NCBI GenBank assembly: GCA_964412285.1
Contig: CAYPOE010000001.1
Coordinates: 1 to 31,078, forward strand
Source: an uncultured Eubacteriales bacterium
Lineage (GTDB): Bacteria; Bacillota; Clostridia; Monoglobales; CAYZNM01
Reading direction: 5' to 3'
DNA: 31,078 nt
Both the position numbers and the translations under genes were made by a program. The stretch's first letter is position 1; each line of letters opens with the position of its first letter. Below the pieces are notes generated by a model. It was not told the origin of the DNA. It did not search any database and saw nothing but the letters and a program-made list of their open reading frames with translations. This document shows, in pieces, positions 27,245-31,078 of this stretch.

Positions 27245-27352
27245 GGGTTCCTCCCCCTATCGCAATCTGCGAAGTAGATCATAGTTGTGCGTTGCGTGAA
27301 TACTGTGCCGTACGCCGTTTTTTCTTATGGGTGCCGTCCCCTGTACGCCGCT

Positions 27353-27381
27353 ATTATATCACACAACGACAGGCATGTCAA
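27353..27381 (-). promoter_or_regulatory. Perfect consensus promoter with extended -10
   Basis: On the minus strand: TTGACA (27381-27376), 17 nt, TG-A-TATAAT (27358-27353), directly after the eda stop. Confidence 0.85.
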
Positions 27382-28032
27382 CTACCCATTTTTCGTGTTT
27401 TTGCACGTCTGGATAAGCTCCACGGTCTCTTTGCAGATGCGTGTAATCTCGTCCCAACGCCCACCGCCCACGAGTGGGGCCGTTACCATAAACGATCCGC
27501 CGCACGCGATCACGTTCTTGCAACCCAGATACGCGGCGAGGTTGTGCAGTCCGATGCCGCCCGTCGGCAGGAAGCGCACCATGCCATACGGCGCGGACAG
27601 CGCCTTGATGTACGCGACGCCGCCGACCTGTTCGGCCGGGAACAACTTGAGCGTCGTGAGACCGCACTCGAGCGCGGCCTCGATCTCGGTCGGTGTGACG
27701 CAGCCCGGCACAATGGGTACGCCCAACTGTTGGCAGTGTGCGACGGTCTTGGGATTGAACCCAGGCGATACGAGAAACGATGCGCCCGCGTCGACCGCGC
27801 GGTCGACCTGTTCGCGCGTGAGTACCGTCCCCGCGCCGACGAGCAAGTCAGGATACGCCTGCCGCATGGCGCGAATGGCGCGATCCGCGCCCTCGGCACG
27901 GAACGTCACCTCGGCGACGGGGATGCCGCCGTCGATCAACGCCTTGGCGAGCGGCTGCGCCTGTGCGTCGGGGTTGTCGAGTTTGATGACAGGTACGATG
28001 CCGATCTCGGCGATGCGTGCTGTGATGTCCAT
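27382..28032 (-). CDS. eda: KDPG/KHG aldolase
   Basis: GIVPVI, EVTFR, VGAGTV, VSPG, LKLFPA and PTGGI motifs; SD GGAGGAG. Confidence 0.93.
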   Translation of the reverse strand: MDITARIAEIGIVPVIKLDNPDAQAQPLAKALIDGGIPVAEVTFRAEGADRAIRAMRQAYPDLLVGAGTVLTREQVDRAVDAGASFLVSPGFNPKTVAHCQQLGVPIVPGCVTPTEIEAALECGLTTLKLFPAEQVGGVAYIKALSAPYGMVRFLPTGGIGLHNLAAYLGCKNVIACGGSFMVTAPLVGGGRWDEITRICKETVELIQTCKNTKNG

Positions 28033-28118
28033 GTCTCCTCCATAGGATTGGATTTATAGAAAGATTAGATGATAGAAAATAAGTAATTGATAGAAAATGA
28101 GTAGCGTAACGCCGTCGC

Positions 28119-29546
28119 TCAAAGCGTGACGCCGCCCTTGAAGATGGCAATCTCGGTGTAGCCGTGGCGTTCGTTTTGGGTCTGTCGACCGCTGGCTATG
28201 TCGATCAGCAGCCCGTGCAACGCATCCGTCGCCGCGTCGAAACCTACGCCGTCGAGGATGATACCCGCATCGTAGTCGAACCAGTCGGGTTTGCGTCGGT
28301 ACAGCGGCGTATTCGTCGCAATCTTGACCGTAGGTACAGGGCCGCCGAACGGCGTACCGCGCCCCGTCGTGAAGCACACGATGTGCGCGCCGCTCGCGGC
28401 GAGGTTGGTACACGACACCATGTCGTTGCCCGGCCCCGTGAGCAGGCTCAACCCGGGCTTGACGCACGGCTCGGCATACTCGAGTACATCGACGATGGCA
28501 GCCATACCGCCTTTCTGGATGCAGCCGAGCGACTTCTCCTCGAGCGTCGTGATGCCGCCGTCCTTGTTGCCCGGCGACGGATTCTCGTAGACGACTTGCC
28601 CGTGCGACGTGTAGTACGCCTTGAAGTCGTCGATCATGCGCACGATGCGGTCGAATACATCGCGGTCGACTGCCCTGTCCATGAGCCGCGTCTCCGCGCC
28701 GAACATCTCAGGCACCTCGGTCAGTATGGCGCGCCCGCCCGCCGCCGTATGGCGATCGGTGAGCCGCCCGCACAGCGGATTCGCCGTGACGCCCGAGAAT
28801 GCGTCGCTGCCGCCGCACTTGAACCCGATCACGAGTTGATGTACAGGGATCGGCACGCGCATGTCGTTGCGCGTATGCGCGACGAGTTCGCCGATGATGT
28901 GCAACGCATCCTCGATCTCGTCGGCCGCGTCCTGCGTGACCAAGAAGCGGATGCGCCGCCTGTCGTAGTCGCCGAGGTATGGCTCAAACGCGGCGACGTG
29001 GTTGTTTTCACAGCCGAGCGACAGCACGAGTACGCCGCCCGCGTTGGGGTGACGTGCGAGTGCGGCGAGTACGCGCTGCGTGTGCACCTGATCGTCGCCC
29101 ATCTGGGAACAGCCGTACGGGTGCGTGAACGCGTACACGTTGCCGCCGTATAGCTCTGTCGCCCGCCGCGCGACGCGCTCCGCCGTCTTATTGACGCAGC
29201 CCACCGTAGGCAGAATCCAGACGTCGTTGCGGATGCCCACGCGCCCGTCGGCGCGGCGGTAGCCGTCGAACGTCGCGGCACAGGTCGACGGCGCGTACGC
29301 ATAGGGTGCGCCGAACGCGTACGCGCACCCGCCGTCGAGGTTGGTGCGCAGGTTGTGCGTATGCACATGTGTGCCCGCCGCGACGTCGACCGTCGTGCGC
29401 CCGATGGGCATACCATACTTGATGACGGGTTCGCCCGCGCGTATGTCGCGCAACGCGACTTTGTGTCCGAATGGGATGCCATCGTGTGTAGCGGGATCTG
29501 TCACAACGGCGACGTTGTCGTCGGGATGAATCGTGATGCGCTGCAT
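28119..29546 (-). CDS. uxaA: Altronate dehydratase (UxaA family, SAF domain plus GarD-like domain)
   Basis: IHPDDNVAV, GHKVAL, HTHN, GRVGIRN, HPYGCSQ, KCGGSD, SPGNKDGG and FTTGRG motifs. Start reset to ATG 29546 behind GGAGG. Confidence 0.92.
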   Translation of the reverse strand: MQRITIHPDDNVAVVTDPATHDGIPFGHKVALRDIRAGEPVIKYGMPIGRTTVDVAAGTHVHTHNLRTNLDGGCAYAFGAPYAYAPSTCAATFDGYRRADGRVGIRNDVWILPTVGCVNKTAERVARRATELYGGNVYAFTHPYGCSQMGDDQVHTQRVLAALARHPNAGGVLVLSLGCENNHVAAFEPYLGDYDRRRIRFLVTQDAADEIEDALHIIGELVAHTRNDMRVPIPVHQLVIGFKCGGSDAFSGVTANPLCGRLTDRHTAAGGRAILTEVPEMFGAETRLMDRAVDRDVFDRIVRMIDDFKAYYTSHGQVVYENPSPGNKDGGITTLEEKSLGCIQKGGMAAIVDVLEYAEPCVKPGLSLLTGPGNDMVSCTNLAASGAHIVCFTTGRGTPFGGPVPTVKIATNTPLYRRKPDWFDYDAGIILDGVGFDAATDALHGLLIDIASGRQTQNERHGYTEIAIFKGGVTL

Positions 29547-29547
29547 A

Positions 29548-30975
29548 TCAGGCCTCCGTAGAGATGGCGATCGCGTCTGCAACCGCCTGTCTTGCGCCGC
29601 GGGTCAGGATGCCATGTATGTGTGCGTCGACGGCGTCGAGCAAGCCGCCGATGTGCGTCAGATCCTCGTCCCAGAGAGATGCGTCGGACAGGATGGTGTG
29701 TGCGACAGTATCTGGTTTTCCCCACGCGACGGCGAACTTATCCACAACATCCCCATCGTCGCGTACATCGTGACCATCGCCTCTGTAGTAGACGAGGAGT
29801 GCGGCGAGTCCGAACGACAGCAGCGTCGGCACACGTCCGCGCGCGGCGGCATAGTCGGTCAGCGACGGCAGACATCGCGCCTTGTACTTGGACACGCTAT
29901 TGAGCGCGATGTCGGTGAGCCTATGTTGGATGAACGGGTTGGAGAAGCGTTCGAGTACGGCGCGCGCGAACGCGTCGAGATCGGCGCGGTCGAGCCGGAT
30001 GTGTGGGATCACCTCATCCCAGAGTGTGCGTTCTATGAACGTGCGGAACACGGCGTCGCCCATCATATCGAGTACCGTCGCGTGACCCGCCATGTGCGCG
30101 GCGAGTACCGACACGGTGTGCGCGCCGTTGAGGATGCGCACTTTGCGCGTACGATACGGCGTCATGTCGCGCGTCCATACGACGGGCAGTCCTGCCTTGT
30201 CGAGCGGCAATGTGTCGCGCCATGGTTCGTCGACCTCGATGACCCACAGTCCGAACGGTTCGCAGGTCACGAGTAGATCGTCCTCGTAGCCGAGCCGCGC
30301 CTGGATGGCCTCGATCTCGCCGCGCGGATAGCCCGTGACGATGCGGTCGACGAGCGTATTCGCGAACGCGTTGGCGGTATGCAGCCAGTCGACAAAACCG
30401 CCGTCCAAGCCCCATTGGGCAGCATATTGCAGCACGATGCGCTTGAGGTGATCGCCGTTGCGGTCGATGAGTTCGACAGGTAGGATGAGCAGGCCCTTAT
30501 CGGCGGCACCGTCGAACGCAGTGTAACGGCGGTACAGCAGCGCGCAGAGTTTGGCGGGATAGCCGGACGGCGGCGCGTCGGTGAGTCGGTCACCCGACTT
30601 GTACGCGATGCCGGCCTCGGTCGTGTTGGAGATGACGACGCGCAGATGGGGGCTTTGGGCGACTTCGAGCAGCGCCGCGTAGTCGTTGTACGGATGGATG
30701 CAGCGCGTGACGCAAGTCACGACGTGCGAACGTTCGACGACGACGCCGCGTTCCATGCCGCGCATGAGCACGGTGTACAGGCCGCGCTGTCGATTGATGG
30801 CGTCGGCCATGCCGTGCGGGATGGGTTGACAGAGTACGACGCCGCCATCGTACACGCCGCTTTTGACGGCGAGGTCGATCATGTAGTCGGCAAACGCGCG
30901 CAAGAAGTTGCCCTCGCCGATTTGCAGTATGGTTTCGCTGCGCGGGGTATGCGGTGTGATGTCGGATAGATTCAT
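29548..30975 (-). CDS. uxaB: Altronate oxidoreductase (tagaturonate reductase)
   Basis: ILQIGEGNFLRAF, SNTTEAGI, PVELIDRNG, LVDRIVTG, RKVRILNGAH and RFSNPFIQH motifs. Confidence 0.93.
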   Translation of the reverse strand: MNLSDITPHTPRSETILQIGEGNFLRAFADYMIDLAVKSGVYDGGVVLCQPIPHGMADAINRQRGLYTVLMRGMERGVVVERSHVVTCVTRCIHPYNDYAALLEVAQSPHLRVVISNTTEAGIAYKSGDRLTDAPPSGYPAKLCALLYRRYTAFDGAADKGLLILPVELIDRNGDHLKRIVLQYAAQWGLDGGFVDWLHTANAFANTLVDRIVTGYPRGEIEAIQARLGYEDDLLVTCEPFGLWVIEVDEPWRDTLPLDKAGLPVVWTRDMTPYRTRKVRILNGAHTVSVLAAHMAGHATVLDMMGDAVFRTFIERTLWDEVIPHIRLDRADLDAFARAVLERFSNPFIQHRLTDIALNSVSKYKARCLPSLTDYAAARGRVPTLLSFGLAALLVYYRGDGHDVRDDGDVVDKFAVAWGKPDTVAHTILSDASLWDEDLTHIGGLLDAVDAHIHGILTRGARQAVADAIAISTEA

Positions 30976-31078
30976 GCGTAACCCTCATTTCGATGGAGTG
31001 TGGTTTGCTACACATAATCTATCACGAATGCGCGTACAATGCAAGTCGCGCGTACAATGCGCAAGATAAAAAATGTGC

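Overview
This is a GC-rich chromosomal window, most likely from a Clostridia-like Bacillota genome (inferred from gene content and sigma70/sigmaA-type promoters). Most of it is housekeeping or metabolic: a minus-strand run lon-engB-hisS-aspS-ABC(GldA/F/G-like)-DUF4340-DUF512, an egsA(araM)-HAD-MFS unit, an MFS-iorA-iorB-paaK-like operon, ppx-ppk1, an MBL hydrolase-sirtuin pair, a hypothetical gene, and uxaB-uxaA-eda. The most interesting signals are in AT-richer gaps that the ORF track misses. (1) A 29-aa leader peptide with Trp-Ser-Trp and a terminator/antiterminator precedes MFS-iorAB-paaK. Its geometry predicts induction by Trp starvation, which points to an indole-3-acetate-to-tryptophan salvage route rather than catabolism. 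(2) A complete-looking type I toxin-antitoxin locus lies at 16184-16603. (3) A stand-alone Ntox50-like RNase toxin and putative immunity gene sit behind a perfect consensus promoter. (4) A GTAG-type REP doublet lies between engB and hisS. (5) A hypothetical gene probably starts at a non-canonical ATC and has a second internal start. All family assignments come from motif recognition by eye; no database search or folding program was run.
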